64,000 nt of DNA from Candidatus Bipolaricaulota bacterium (GTDB taxonomy: Bacteria; Bipolaricaulota; Bipolaricaulia; RBG-16-55-9; DRXL01). Of this stretch, positions 38,707 to 47,840 are shown piece by piece. The DNA is taken from NCBI GenBank assembly GCA_938091745.1, contig CALLJK010000014.1, positions 16,331 through 80,330 on the forward strand, written 5' to 3'. Position 1 is the stretch's first letter, and the number at the start of each line of letters is the position of its first letter. The notes under the pieces were generated by a model. The model searched no databases. It was not told where the DNA came from and worked only from the letters and a program-made list of their open reading frames with translations. The translations under genes were made by a program, and so were the position numbers.

Positions 38707-39636
38707 GTGGGCTTGATCCGTCAAGGGCAGAAGACCCTCAACATCTCCGCGACGGGAGAGGAGCGGGTCGTGAGGTTCCTGTCCCAGCAGAAGGTGGAGA
38801 AGCTGGTGCGCAAGCTTCGAGAGAAGCCCAAGTTCCAGGAGTTTGAGGGGAAGCTGGCGCAGAAGGGCAAGCGAGTAGGTAAGGTGCGAGCCCTGTTCGA
38901 TGAGGCCAACGGAGTAGCGATTCTGGGGATAGCTAGTGAGGGGAATGAGGAGAAGATCACGCATCAGGTGCGGGTGAAGATCAAGGCGGACAAGGACGAC
39001 GAGCTGGAGGATGATGCTGAGCCTCAGATTCAAGCGACGGTCTGTGGGCAGGCGACTGGGGAAGCGGTGCCAACTGGAGCGAAGATGCAAGCTCAGATGT
39101 ACGATGCTGGCGAAGGGGGCGAGATCGTCGGCAGCAGCTATGATGAGGGACGCGACCGCGACTATGAGCTATATATCTGCATCTCCCAGTGGGGGTATAG
39201 CTATAACTGTCTCTTGACCACTCCAAGGCTCCAGGTCTCTCCCAGCAGCATCTCTCTGCCATTTGTGATCCTGCCTGCTTCTAGGGAGGCCTCGCTTGTG
39301 ATGTGGAATTACGGAGGTGGGACGCTGCGAGGCACAGTCACGGTCTCTGCACCCTTCAGCGTTATCTCTGGAAGTAGCTTCAGCTTGGCTCCGGGCCAAC
39401 CCCAGGAAGTCATTGTGCGATTTGCTCCCGTGACGTCAAGGGTCTTCTCCCAAAAGATCACTATCACCAGCAACGGCGGGAATAAAACAGTTTCTGTATC
39501 AGCGCAAGCTATAACTTATGAGGAGTATCTGCAAGCTGTCATCCAAGCTTACAATACCCCAGCGCAGAACGGAGTCTATACTGGCTTAGCAACATGGAAT
39601 GGGCAAAGGAACAGAGGCTTATTGATCCGCGCCTAG
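38707..39636 (+). CDS. Hypothetical protein: K/E-rich charged N-terminal region + C-terminal Ig-like (DUF1573/ASH-type) beta-sandwich domain
   Basis: The track ORF (38401..) overlaps the divergent upstream gene, so the start is more likely the in-frame GTG at 38707. The C-terminal ...LRGTVTVSAPFSVISGSSFSLAPGQPQEVIVRFAPVTSRVFSQKITITSNGG... matches the DUF1573/choice-of-anchor Ig-fold pattern. Confidence 0.4.
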   Translation: MGLIRQGQKTLNISATGEERVVRFLSQQKVEKLVRKLREKPKFQEFEGKLAQKGKRVGKVRALFDEANGVAILGIASEGNEEKITHQVRVKIKADKDDELEDDAEPQIQATVCGQATGEAVPTGAKMQAQMYDAGEGGEIVGSSYDEGRDRDYELYICISQWGYSYNCLLTTPRLQVSPSSISLPFVILPASREASLVMWNYGGGTLRGTVTVSAPFSVISGSSFSLAPGQPQEVIVRFAPVTSRVFSQKITITSNGGNKTVSVSAQAITYEEYLQAVIQAYNTPAQNGVYTGLATWNGQRNRGLLIRA

Positions 39637-39779
39637 AGGGATTCTTTGAAGAGATGAGCCACATAGAGAGCTCGGCTCAGCTCAACGGGTGGCTGAGCTT
39701 GCTAGGGGAGGCCATCGCCCAGGGGCGCTTTGATGAAGAATACCAGCAATTACTAAGCAAAGGCTTGAAGTTATCTTAG
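39594..39779 (+). CDS. Small hypothetical protein (61 aa) overlapping the 3' end of the preceding gene in another frame
   Basis: Protein-like composition (MEWAKEQRLIDPRLEGFFEEMSHIESSAQLNGWLSLLGEAIAQGRFDEEYQQLL). Could also be a frameshifted C-terminal extension of the 38707 gene. Confidence 0.25.
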   Translation: MEWAKEQRLIDPRLEGFFEEMSHIESSAQLNGWLSLLGEAIAQGRFDEEYQQLLSKGLKLS

Positions 39780-39817
39780 AATTGACAGAGGGGCAGAGAT
39801 GGGCTTAGACTACCAGT

Positions 39818-40270
39818 ATGAAGAATCGCGACTTAACTGATGAACAGTGGGCGCTTATCCAGCCCTTGCTGCCCCCGCCCCACAAGCGCGGCCGACCGCG
39901 CGCCGACGATCGCCAGGTGCTCAACGGGATCTTGTATGTGCTGCGCACCGGCATCTCTTGGAACGACCTGCCCGAGCGCTATGGCGACGACTCCGCGTGC
40001 CATCGGCGCTTGGCCACCTGGGAAGCCGATGGCACCTGGGAGCGCCTCTGGCGAGCCTTCTTGAGCATGCTGGACAAGCAGGGCAAGCTGGAGTGGACCC
40101 AAGCCTTCCTCGATGGCAGCTTCGTCCCGGCCAAAAAGGGAGCGATGCTGTGGGGACGCCGGGGCAAGGGCAGTCAACGACACGTGATCACGGATGGAGC
40201 GGGACGGCCCTTGGCCTTCACCCTCACAGGCGCTCAAGTGAATGAGAAAGAGTCGCCTTGCAGACGGTAG
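39818..40270 (+). CDS. IS5-family transposase OrfA (N-terminal part)
   Basis: See the mobile_element entry. HTH N-terminus and first part of the DDE domain. Confidence 0.7.
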   Translation: MKNRDLTDEQWALIQPLLPPPHKRGRPRADDRQVLNGILYVLRTGISWNDLPERYGDDSACHRRLATWEADGTWERLWRAFLSMLDKQGKLEWTQAFLDGSFVPAKKGAMLWGRRGKGSQRHVITDGAGRPLAFTLTGAQVNEKESPCRR

Positions 40271-40614
40271 ACCGTGTATGGGTCAAGCGGAAGAAGGGGC
40301 GTCCCAAGAAGCGCCCCAAGCAGTTGGCAGCGGATGGAGGATGCGATTCGCGTCCGCTGCGGCGCGCGTTGAGGAAGCGTGGGATTATCCCGTCGATCTC
40401 GGAGCGTCCGCTGCGGAAGCGCCAACGGCGTCGGCGGGGGCGACCGGCGAAGGTGCATCCCGTGAGTGGGCAGCGCTGGAAGGTGGAGAGAGCGTTTGCC
40501 TGGTTGAACAACTGGCGGAGGTTAGCCACGCGGTATGAGCGACGAGCGAGGATCTATCGAGCGTTTCTCACGATTGCGTGCTTCATGGTCTGTCTGAACG
40601 GAATTTTGAGATGA
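40258..40614 (+). CDS. IS5-family transposase OrfB (C-terminal part, -1 frame)
   Basis: Overlaps OrfA by 13 nt. Contains the conserved C-terminal DDE-transposase tail motif. Confidence 0.65.
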   Translation: MQTVDRVWVKRKKGRPKKRPKQLAADGGCDSRPLRRALRKRGIIPSISERPLRKRQRRRRGRPAKVHPVSGQRWKVERAFAWLNNWRRLATRYERRARIYRAFLTIACFMVCLNGILR

Positions 40615-40659
40615 GTTCTTGACACCATAGCTAATTGGGGAGAAAATTATGAGAGCGAG

Positions 40660-41779
40660 GTGGATACATCTATGAAGTGGTTAACCTTTGGGATAATCCT
40701 CATCCTAATAGGTGGAGGCAGTCTCTTAAGAGTTACTCAACAGAGTGGGATGGAGACCACATGCCCCCCGCAAGCCCTTAATAACTTTTGTGTTCTACAT
40801 ACGAGAGATCAGAAAATATCATCAAATATTGCTTTTAGCCCAGATGGACAACTAGTAGCCGTCGCTTATTGGCAGGATAATCCATTCCGGACAATAATTC
40901 GTGTATGGAAGATAGATGGGCAAATTCTTTGAACTTCAAGGAGATGGTGGGACCATAACAGGAGTAAGCTTTAGCCCCGATGGAAAGCTGCTTGCTAGCA
41001 ATTCCTTAGCCGTGAATACCTCTGGCTATGGTGGGGTTATTAAATTGTGGGAGGTGAGTTCAGGTAAGGAGATTCAAACCTTAAAGCCTTCCTACGGCGT
41101 AAATGGGGTAGCTATAACCTTCAGTCCCAACGGCAAGTTGCTAGCTTCCACTGCTTGTATACTACAACCTAATTTCAGATGCACTCAGTCGGATATAATT
41201 TTGTGGGATCCTCTTAGTGGAGCGGAAGTCCGAAGAATAAGAATCCCTCAAGTATATGCGGATAAGATTCTTGATCTAGCTTTTGTCTCTGATGAGCTAT
41301 TAGCAGCTAGCTCAATAGGAGTTGTCACGCTCTGGTATGTTCCTACAGGGCGCTTGGCACGAGTCTTAGTCGGCCAAGGAGGCTTTATTACCGTCAGTCC
41401 TAACAGACGGTTGTTAGTAGCAAATGAAGCAGGGTCAGACATGGTTGAAGTTTGGAATGTATCTAATAGCCAGAAACTTGGCTCTATAAGATTCGGGAGC
41501 GTTCTAGGGCCATCCTTTACTCCAGATGGGCAGTTCTTAGCTGGAGGAGAAATATTCTCTTCTAAGGTACAAGATAAGCATATGGTGCAGATTTGGCGAG
41601 TAAAGGAAAGAATAGAAGATTGGAAAGTAGCCCGCATATTGTCTATACCTCTGCCTCAAATAGGATATGGATTATCAGACCTAGCTTTCAGCCCTAAAGG
41701 TGATCTTATGGCTATTACGGGTTTTAGTAGATTTTCAGATTCAATGGTACAAATATGGTATATAAAAGATCTGCAGTGA
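40660..41779 (+). pseudogene. WD40/beta-propeller repeat protein, frameshifted (two ORFs 40660-40932 and 40916-41779)
   Basis: Both ORFs carry WD40-like ...SPDG(K/Q)LLAS... blades. The frames overlap at 40916-40932 near a homopolymer (gggcaaattctttgaa). The region has visibly lower GC than its flanks and has a signal/TM N-terminus. Confidence 0.55.
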
Positions 41780-41816
41780 TTGGTAATTAAATAACTACTC
41801 CTAGGCGTGGATACCT

Positions 41817-42299
41817 ATGCGCGTCGGCATCGGCGTGGATTTTCACAAATTCTCTTCAGGGCGCAAGCTCATTCTCGGGGGCATCGAAATCCCCTATGAG
41901 CTTGGCTTAGCCGGACACTCCGACGCTGATGTTCTCTTGCACGCCATCTGCGATGCGCTGCTCGGCGCAGCCGCGCTCGGCGATATCGGACAGCACTTCC
42001 CAAACTCTGACCCACGCTACAGAGATATCTCAAGCGTCGCACTCTTGGCCGAAGTACACAGAAAGATCAGAGCATCGGGCTTCGCTATCGAAAACATCGA
42101 CGCAACGGTGATCGCCCAGGAACCCAAGATCGCCCCGTATATCTCAGCGATGCGCCAAAAGATTGCTCAGACCCTAGGGCTTGCGATCTCTCAAATCAGT
42201 ATCAAAGCGACAACCCCTGAGGGGTTAGGAGCACTGGGACGCCGCGAGGGGATCGCCGTCTGGGCCGTAGCACTGCTCACTTCCCAAAGAAGCGCATAA
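41817..42299 (+). CDS. ispF: 2-C-methyl-D-erythritol 2,4-cyclodiphosphate synthase
   Basis: MRVGIGVDFHKF...GHSDADVLLHAICDALLGAAALGDIGQHFP is the IspF signature. Confidence 0.85.
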   Translation: MRVGIGVDFHKFSSGRKLILGGIEIPYELGLAGHSDADVLLHAICDALLGAAALGDIGQHFPNSDPRYRDISSVALLAEVHRKIRASGFAIENIDATVIAQEPKIAPYISAMRQKIAQTLGLAISQISIKATTPEGLGALGRREGIAVWAVALLTSQRSA

Positions 42300-43587
42300 T
42301 ATCGTTATACGTGACGAGCAGAATTAGCCCGATCAGAAGAATAAACCCGATGTAGTGAATGAACCCCTCTTTGTCAGGAGGAATGGGCTTTCTGCGGATC
42401 ATCTCGATGAGCAGAAAGAGAATCCTGCTGCCGTCGAGCGCCGGGATCGGAAGCAGATTGAACAACCCCAAATTGAGGCTTAACACCGCGATGATCAGCA
42501 ATAACGACATCAAACCAAACTGCAGGGACTGCCCTATGACCTCGAAAATCCCCAAGGGGCCTCGGACTTCACTGGTCGCTTGTCCCAGGCGGCTCGGCAG
42601 ACTCTTCAACCACTCGACAATAGCGACGACTGTATCCCACGAGCGCTGTGCCCCCACAGCGATAGCCTGTCCAAATGACGGGCGGCGCATGAGGACCTCC
42701 GGCTCAAAGCCGCTGAAAAGCTCTAGTTCTGTGCGCCCGGCTGCTTCTATAGTGAGCGTGAGCTGCTGTTCCCCGCGCTGGACGACAAGCACAGCAGTCT
42801 GAGCATTGAGCAAGAGCTCGCGCATCTGCCAGAAGCTCCAGATGGGTATATTGTTAATTGAGAGTATGCGGTCGCCGGCTTGCAGCCCCTGTTGAGCTAA
42901 GAACGAATTTGGCTCAAGCTTGGCAATCACTGTACTCGTAGAGACGGGCGCGAACTTGACCCCGATGATATAGCGTCCGTCGCGCTCCGACCACACGGGC
43001 TGTACCGTCACCGAGCGATGCTCGTCATTGCGCAACAACTCTAGCGTGATCACTTGGCCGCCGGAGGCACGAATGAGCTGCTGCAGCTGTTGGGCCGAGT
43101 AGATCGTTCTCCCATTGACTCTCTCAATTCTGTCACCAACTCGGACAATTCCTTGAGATGGGCTTGGTGTGCCATCGGGCATAGGGACGAGTTCGGCGAC
43201 TTCTAAGTAGGGCAGCCCAAACGCTCCCACAATCAGGATCATCAGAAAGATCGCAGCGATGATGTTCATCACCGGTCCAGCGAAGACAATAATCATTCGT
43301 TGCCAGGCGGGCTTGGACGTGAAGAGGCGCTCTGTGGGGACGGCTTGGTCTTCGGCGCTTTCGCGGTCCTCCCCAGCCATGCGCACGTAGCCCCCGATAG
43401 GGAAGATTCTTATGGAGTATTCGGTCTCGCGGCCCTTGCGCCGCCAGATGGACGGCCCCATGCCAATAGCAAACTGATGGACCCACACACCAAAAAGCCG
43501 CGCCGCGGCAAAATGCCCCCATTCGTGAATGAGCACCAAAAACCCGATAGTCACTACAAACGCGATGAGCGTAAGGAAGATACTCAT
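42277..43587 (-). CDS. rseP: RIP metalloprotease RseP (site-2 protease, M50)
   Basis: HEWGH zinc motif in TM1, PDZ domain, LDG motif (PIPALDGSRI). Confidence 0.8.
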   Translation of the reverse strand: MSIFLTLIAFVVTIGFLVLIHEWGHFAAARLFGVWVHQFAIGMGPSIWRRKGRETEYSIRIFPIGGYVRMAGEDRESAEDQAVPTERLFTSKPAWQRMIIVFAGPVMNIIAAIFLMILIVGAFGLPYLEVAELVPMPDGTPSPSQGIVRVGDRIERVNGRTIYSAQQLQQLIRASGGQVITLELLRNDEHRSVTVQPVWSERDGRYIIGVKFAPVSTSTVIAKLEPNSFLAQQGLQAGDRILSINNIPIWSFWQMRELLLNAQTAVLVVQRGEQQLTLTIEAAGRTELELFSGFEPEVLMRRPSFGQAIAVGAQRSWDTVVAIVEWLKSLPSRLGQATSEVRGPLGIFEVIGQSLQFGLMSLLLIIAVLSLNLGLFNLLPIPALDGSRILFLLIEMIRRKPIPPDKEGFIHYIGFILLIGLILLVTYNDIMRFFGK

Positions 43588-43596
43588 ACTGCTCCT

Positions 43597-45006
43597 TCAG
43601 ATTCGTTCGGCTTTGATTTCTAAGATCCGGTGCGTCCGAGGCGTCACACGATACGATTCGTTGACGGCCTGGCCGACGATCCATATTACTGTATTCTCAT
43701 CACAAATCAAGGGGATGGCATCGCGGGCCTCGCGGGGGATTTTTCTATCAACGAAAAAGTCTTGTAATTTCTTTGTGCCCTCCTTCAGGGAGATGCAATC
43801 CCCAGGACGGCGATTGCGCACGACTAAGCTGCCGCAAATCTTGTCAGCGTCGAGGAGGACCAAAGACCTAACCCCCAACCCCTTCCCTGAAAGGGAAGGG
43901 GCTCTCCCCTCCCCGTGCCGGGGAGGGGCCGGGGGAGAGGTCAGCTTCATCTGCAATCTCCAGCCGATCTCTGGGATGACCGTCTCGCCGGGCACAGTGA
44001 GTAAATACTCAAAGCGCTTTGGGGCCGGAGCCGGACGCGTCGTGATAATCAATTGAGCATGGCGGCGCAGCACCCTCACGCCGGCGGGCAGATGGAGTTC
44101 GCCCGTGCCGTGACGGGCAACCCACCCTAAGACAGCTTCGATGTGATCAGCTTCCAGCTCGCCCTGGAGCGCATAGACAGCTTGACGCAGCACGAGCGCC
44201 TGCAGATACTCAGAGAGTTTCAAGAACTTCTTCAAATCAAGCGCAAGCTCGTATGCCTTTTGCTCGCAGAGAAGCTCTTTTAACGCTTGGTCGGCTTCAC
44301 GCTCCAGATGCTGGGCAGCCTGGCCGAACAGTCGCGCCGTCCGCCCTAATGATTGAAGCAGATTTGGGTTGTACTCTTTCAAAATGGGGATCAGCTCGTG
44401 GCGGATCTTATTGCGCACGATCTTGGTGTCATAATTCGTTGGGTCTTCACGCCAACGGAGTTTGTGAACTTTGGCATAGGCTTCGATCTGCTCGCGGGTG
44501 CACTCGATCAATGGGCGAATATACTGACAGTGCTCACTAGAGCGTACTGGGGGAATCCCAGCAAGCCCTTCGAGCCCAGAGCCGCGCACGAGTCTCATCA
44601 GGAGCGTTTCAGCTTGATCGTTGAGCGTGTGCCCCAATGCGATTTTATTGAATTTATGAGCGTGAGCTGTCTTCTCGAGAAACTGATAGCGCAGCTGCCG
44701 TGCCGCGACTTCGAGCGAGAGCTTGTTCGCTTTGGCATAGGCGGGCACGTCAGCACGCTCTGTGTAAAACTGCAGTTTCAGCGAAGAAGCGAGCTTTTTG
44801 ACAAACTCAGCATCTTGAGCTGACTCTGGGCGAATGCCGTGATCGAAGTGCGCTACAGCGAGCGTGAGCTTCAGCTCTCTTTTGAGTTCTTTGAGCACAT
44901 GGAGCAAGACGACCGAGTCCACGCCGCCGGAGACGGCCACGAGCACGCGATCTCTGTTTTCGAGCATGGCGTAGCGCGAGATAGTCTTGCGGACTTGGTT
45001 GAGCAT
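43597..45006 (-). CDS. tilS: tRNA(Ile)-lysidine synthetase (carries an in-frame palindromic-repeat insertion near the C-terminal domain)
   Basis: PP-loop VLVAVSGGVDSVVLLHVL. C-terminal TilS domain (VVRNRRPGDCISLKEGTKKLQDFFVDRKIP). Confidence 0.8.
   Translation of the reverse strand: MLNQVRKTISRYAMLENRDRVLVAVSGGVDSVVLLHVLKELKRELKLTLAVAHFDHGIRPESAQDAEFVKKLASSLKLQFYTERADVPAYAKANKLSLEVAARQLRYQFLEKTAHAHKFNKIALGHTLNDQAETLLMRLVRGSGLEGLAGIPPVRSSEHCQYIRPLIECTREQIEAYAKVHKLRWREDPTNYDTKIVRNKIRHELIPILKEYNPNLLQSLGRTARLFGQAAQHLEREADQALKELLCEQKAYELALDLKKFLKLSEYLQALVLRQAVYALQGELEADHIEAVLGWVARHGTGELHLPAGVRVLRRHAQLIITTRPAPAPKRFEYLLTVPGETVIPEIGWRLQMKLTSPPAPPRHGEGRAPSLSGKGLGVRSLVLLDADKICGSLVVRNRRPGDCISLKEGTKKLQDFFVDRKIPREARDAIPLICDENTVIWIVGQAVNESYRVTPRTHRILEIKAERI
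43871..43940. repeat. GC-rich nested palindromic repeat element copy D (variant subfamily), in-frame within tilS
   Basis: CCCCTTCCCTGAAAGGGAAGGGG hairpin followed by CTCTCCCCTCCCCGTGCCGGGGAGGGGCCGGGGGAGAG nested palindrome. Encodes SPPAPPRHGEGRAPSLSGKGLGV on the tilS strand. Confidence 0.7.
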
Positions 45007-45082
45007 TGCTCCTCATTCTGCCATACTCAAGCACATCCGCGCAAGAGTTGCCTGCGCTTGCGGCGATCAGTAGAATTGCAGT

Positions 45083-46102
45083 ATGCCGCGCGAAGCGATC
45101 TTGCGGGGGGACGAGCTCGAAGAAGACCAGACGACGCTCTCGCTGCGCCCACAGCGATTATCAGATTTTATTGGGCAGACGAAGATCAAAGAGCAGCTGC
45201 GGCTTTACATGGAAGCTGCCCGCGCCCGCGGCGACGTCTTGGATCATATATTGCTGCATGGGCCCCCGGGCTTAGGGAAAACGACGTTGGCGCTGATCAT
45301 CGCTGCGGAGATGGAGGTCAATATAAAAATCAGCTCTGGCCCAGCTATTGAGCGTCCTGGCGACTTAGCTGCTATCGTCACGAATCTTGGCCCCGGCGAT
45401 GTGCTCTTCATTGACGAGATTCATAGACTCCGAAGAAACGTCGAAGAGCTGCTCTATCCCGCGATGGAGGATTTCAAGCTTGATCTGGTGATCGGCGAAG
45501 GCCCGCACGCGCAGTCTATAAGACTAGACTTGCCCAAGTTCACGCTCATCGGCGCGACGACGCGCACTGGGTTGCTTACGAACCCCCTGCGCGACCGATT
45601 TGAAGTCGTCTTCCATCTCGATTTTTATGACGAATCTGAGCTGAAGGAGATCGTGCTGCGCGGGGCACAGATTCTGGGGATGAAGATCACCGACGAGGGG
45701 GCACAAGAGATCGCGCGCCGCGCGCGGGGCACACCTAGAGTCGCTAATAGATTACTGAAGCGCGTGCGCGATTTTGCCCAAGTGAAGAAGAAGCCCGTGA
45801 TCGATCGTGAGATCGCCCGCGAAGCACTCGCGATGCTCCAGATAGACGAAGAGGGCCTGGACGAATTAGACCGAAAGATTCTGAGAACTATCATTGAGAA
45901 ATTCGAGGGCGGCCCGGTGGGGTTAGAAACGCTCTCGGCAGCGCTGAGCGAAGAGAAAGATACCCTGTCAGAAGTCTACGAGCCGTATCTCTTGAAGAAG
46001 GGCTTCATTCAGCGCACGCCGCAGGGACGTGTTGCAACAGAACGCGCGTATAAGCATTTCGGGATCACGTCGATCGTAACGCGAGAAGCCCCGCTGTTAT
46101 GA
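45083..46102 (+). CDS. ruvB: Holliday junction branch migration ATPase RuvB
   Basis: GQTKIKEQL...[14 protein letters not shown] Walker A, sensor motifs, and C-terminal winged helix. Confidence 0.9.
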   Translation: MPREAILRGDELEEDQTTLSLRPQRLSDFIGQTKIKEQLRLYMEAARARGDVLDHILLHGPPGLGKTTLALIIAAEMEVNIKISSGPAIERPGDLAAIVTNLGPGDVLFIDEIHRLRRNVEELLYPAMEDFKLDLVIGEGPHAQSIRLDLPKFTLIGATTRTGLLTNPLRDRFEVVFHLDFYDESELKEIVLRGAQILGMKITDEGAQEIARRARGTPRVANRLLKRVRDFAQVKKKPVIDREIAREALAMLQIDEEGLDELDRKILRTIIEKFEGGPVGLETLSAALSEEKDTLSEVYEPYLLKKGFIQRTPQGRVATERAYKHFGITSIVTREAPLL

Positions 46103-46123
46103 CAGAATCTTTAGGGCTGTGAC

Positions 46124-46885
46124 TTACGCCTTCAGGTGATACCCCACCCGGAAGAGCACCAGCGCAGCACCGACACAGATCGCTCCCAGCGCCAAGGTCA
46201 AGCCAAGCCCTGCCAGCACGTGTGTTTCAGCCCCGCCCAGTATAGCCGTGCGAAAGCCTTCTGTTATGTACGTGAAGGGGTTGAGCGCCGTCAGCGGCTC
46301 GATGATGGGCACGCCGCGCACCATCTCCACAGAGTAAAAGACCCCTCCAAGCATCACCAACGGGTCGAGCACGAAGGTGTCTATCGCACCCACGCCCTCC
46401 CACCCCCGCGTCCACAGCCCCACAATACAGCCCAACCCCGCGAACGCCACGGCGACAGCAAACGCATAGCCCAAAGCCCAGACCGGCTGCGCCACAGACA
46501 CCCCCGTCAGCAGCCACGCCGCCAGCAGCACCAACGTTCCAACGAGCATCCCCCGCGCGACGCCCCCCAATATAATCGCAAGCGCGATCTGCTCCACTGA
46601 GAGCGGGCTTACCAAGAAATCCGCGATATTCCCGTACCAGCGCGACTGGAAGAGGCTGTAGGCGGGATTTAAGAAAGCATTCCGCACGATGGCTAATAAG
46701 AGCAATCCCGGCATCATAAACTGTATATAGGGCACGCCGTAGACCTCGCCTAAGCGCGATCCCAAAGCCACGCCGAAGATCAGCAAGAAGAGTATGACTG
46801 AGATCGTCGGCGGAGCGATGGTGTCTATGGCGTCTTTTAAGAAACGCACGATCTCGCGCTGCAGCAGCGTGAGAAACCCAGTCAT
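46124..46885 (-). CDS. ABC-2 type transporter permease
   Basis: 253 aa, six hydrophobic helices. Coupled (4-nt overlap) to the upstream ABC ATPase. Confidence 0.7.
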   Translation of the reverse strand: MTGFLTLLQREIVRFLKDAIDTIAPPTISVILFLLIFGVALGSRLGEVYGVPYIQFMMPGLLLLAIVRNAFLNPAYSLFQSRWYGNIADFLVSPLSVEQIALAIILGGVARGMLVGTLVLLAAWLLTGVSVAQPVWALGYAFAVAVAFAGLGCIVGLWTRGWEGVGAIDTFVLDPLVMLGGVFYSVEMVRGVPIIEPLTALNPFTYITEGFRTAILGGAETHVLAGLGLTLALGAICVGAALVLFRVGYHLKA

Positions 46886-47622
46886 GCTCGCTCGCTCCGA
46901 ATGAGTTCCAAGAAGACCTCTTCAAGATGAGCCTGGCCGCGCTCGCGCGTCAACTGCTCTGGTGTCCCTAACGAAACCAATCTCCCGCGATGCAGGATCG
47001 CCACGCGCCCGCAGAGCCGCTCGGCTTCTTCTAGGTAGTGCGTCGTCAAGAGAATCGTCTTGCCCTGGGTGTTGAGCTCTTGGAGCATCTCCCATAGCTG
47101 CAGGCGCATCTCCACGTCGGCCCCGGCGGTAGGCTCATCTAAGATCACGATCTCTGGGTCATGGATGAGCGCCTTGGCCAGCACGAGCCGACGCTTTTGC
47201 CCGCCGGAGAGCTCTTGCACTTTCGCGGAGCGCTTCTCCCACAGCCCAAAACGCTCTAAGAGTTCATCGGCTTTAGCGCGGGCGCGTCGCGCAGGGATGC
47301 CAAAATACCCCGCTTGGTAGGTTAAGATCTCGCGCACGGTGAGGAAGCTCCCGTCGAGAATAAGCTCTTGGTATGCGATCCCGACTACACGATGAACCCG
47401 GCGGTAGTCGCGCACGGCGTCGAGTCCGTTGACGAGGATGCGCCCGCTCGTGGGCTTGACCAGTCCGACGATAGCGTTAATTGTCGTGGTCTTGCCCGCG
47501 CCGTTTGGGCCGAGCAGTCCGAAGAACTCCCCTCTCTGAATCTCGAGAGAGAGATCGTCCACAGCGACGAGAGCGCCGTAAGCTTTCTGTAAGTGCTCGA
47601 TGGAGATCGCAGGAGTTCTCAT
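46882..47622 (-). CDS. ABC transporter ATP-binding protein (ABC-2 subfamily)
   Basis: Walker A GPNGAGKTT, signature LSGGQKRRLVLAKAL, Walker B ILDEPTAGAD. Track ORF extends to 47685; the start is uncertain between 47685 and 47622. Confidence 0.8.
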   Translation of the reverse strand: MRTPAISIEHLQKAYGALVAVDDLSLEIQRGEFFGLLGPNGAGKTTTINAIVGLVKPTSGRILVNGLDAVRDYRRVHRVVGIAYQELILDGSFLTVREILTYQAGYFGIPARRARAKADELLERFGLWEKRSAKVQELSGGQKRRLVLAKALIHDPEIVILDEPTAGADVEMRLQLWEMLQELNTQGKTILLTTHYLEEAERLCGRVAILHRGRLVSLGTPEQLTRERGQAHLEEVFLELIRSERA

Positions 47623-47632
47623 TATTGAGATT

Positions 47633-47836
47633 TTACTTGCCCGAAGCTTGTTGTGCTTGCTTGGGTGGGCAAGGGGCATCGGCATACGAGCAGAAGACGC
47701 AACAGTCCCCTGGCTTAGGTCTCAGAATCTTCTGACAGTGCACACAGCGATAGAAGAACTGACATCGATCAATGGGCATTGTGACTTCTTGCACAAAGCC
47801 GCACTCTGGACAGGTCAGCTTCGCTGTCGTTGTCAT
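47633..47836 (-). CDS. Small cysteine-rich putative metal-binding protein (67 aa)
   Basis: MTTTAKLTCPECGF...CVHCQ...GDCCVFCSYADAPCPP carries three Cys clusters. Sits 4 nt downstream of the heavy-metal P-type ATPase in the same orientation. Confidence 0.5.
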   Translation of the reverse strand: MTTTAKLTCPECGFVQEVTMPIDRCQFFYRCVHCQKILRPKPGDCCVFCSYADAPCPPKQAQQASGK

Positions 47837-47840
47837 CGTT

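Larger units (their letters stand above)
39800..40640 (+). mobile_element. IS5-family (IS427-group-like) insertion sequence with two-ORF frameshifted transposase; ends approximate
   Basis: orfA 39818-40270 (MKNRDLTDEQWALIQPLLPPPHKRGRPRADDRQVLNGILYVLRTGISWNDLPERYG...) and orfB 40258-40614 (...VERAFAWLNNWRRLATRYERRARIYRAFLTIACFMVCLN) match the IS5/IS427 DDE transposase split by a -1 frameshift. Terminal inverted repeats could not be defined by eye. Confidence 0.7.

Noticed and set aside
40620-41800. Low-GC block as a prophage remnant
   Set aside because: It holds only one (frameshifted) WD40 gene and an adjacent IS. No integrase, capsid, terminase or att-like repeats are visible.
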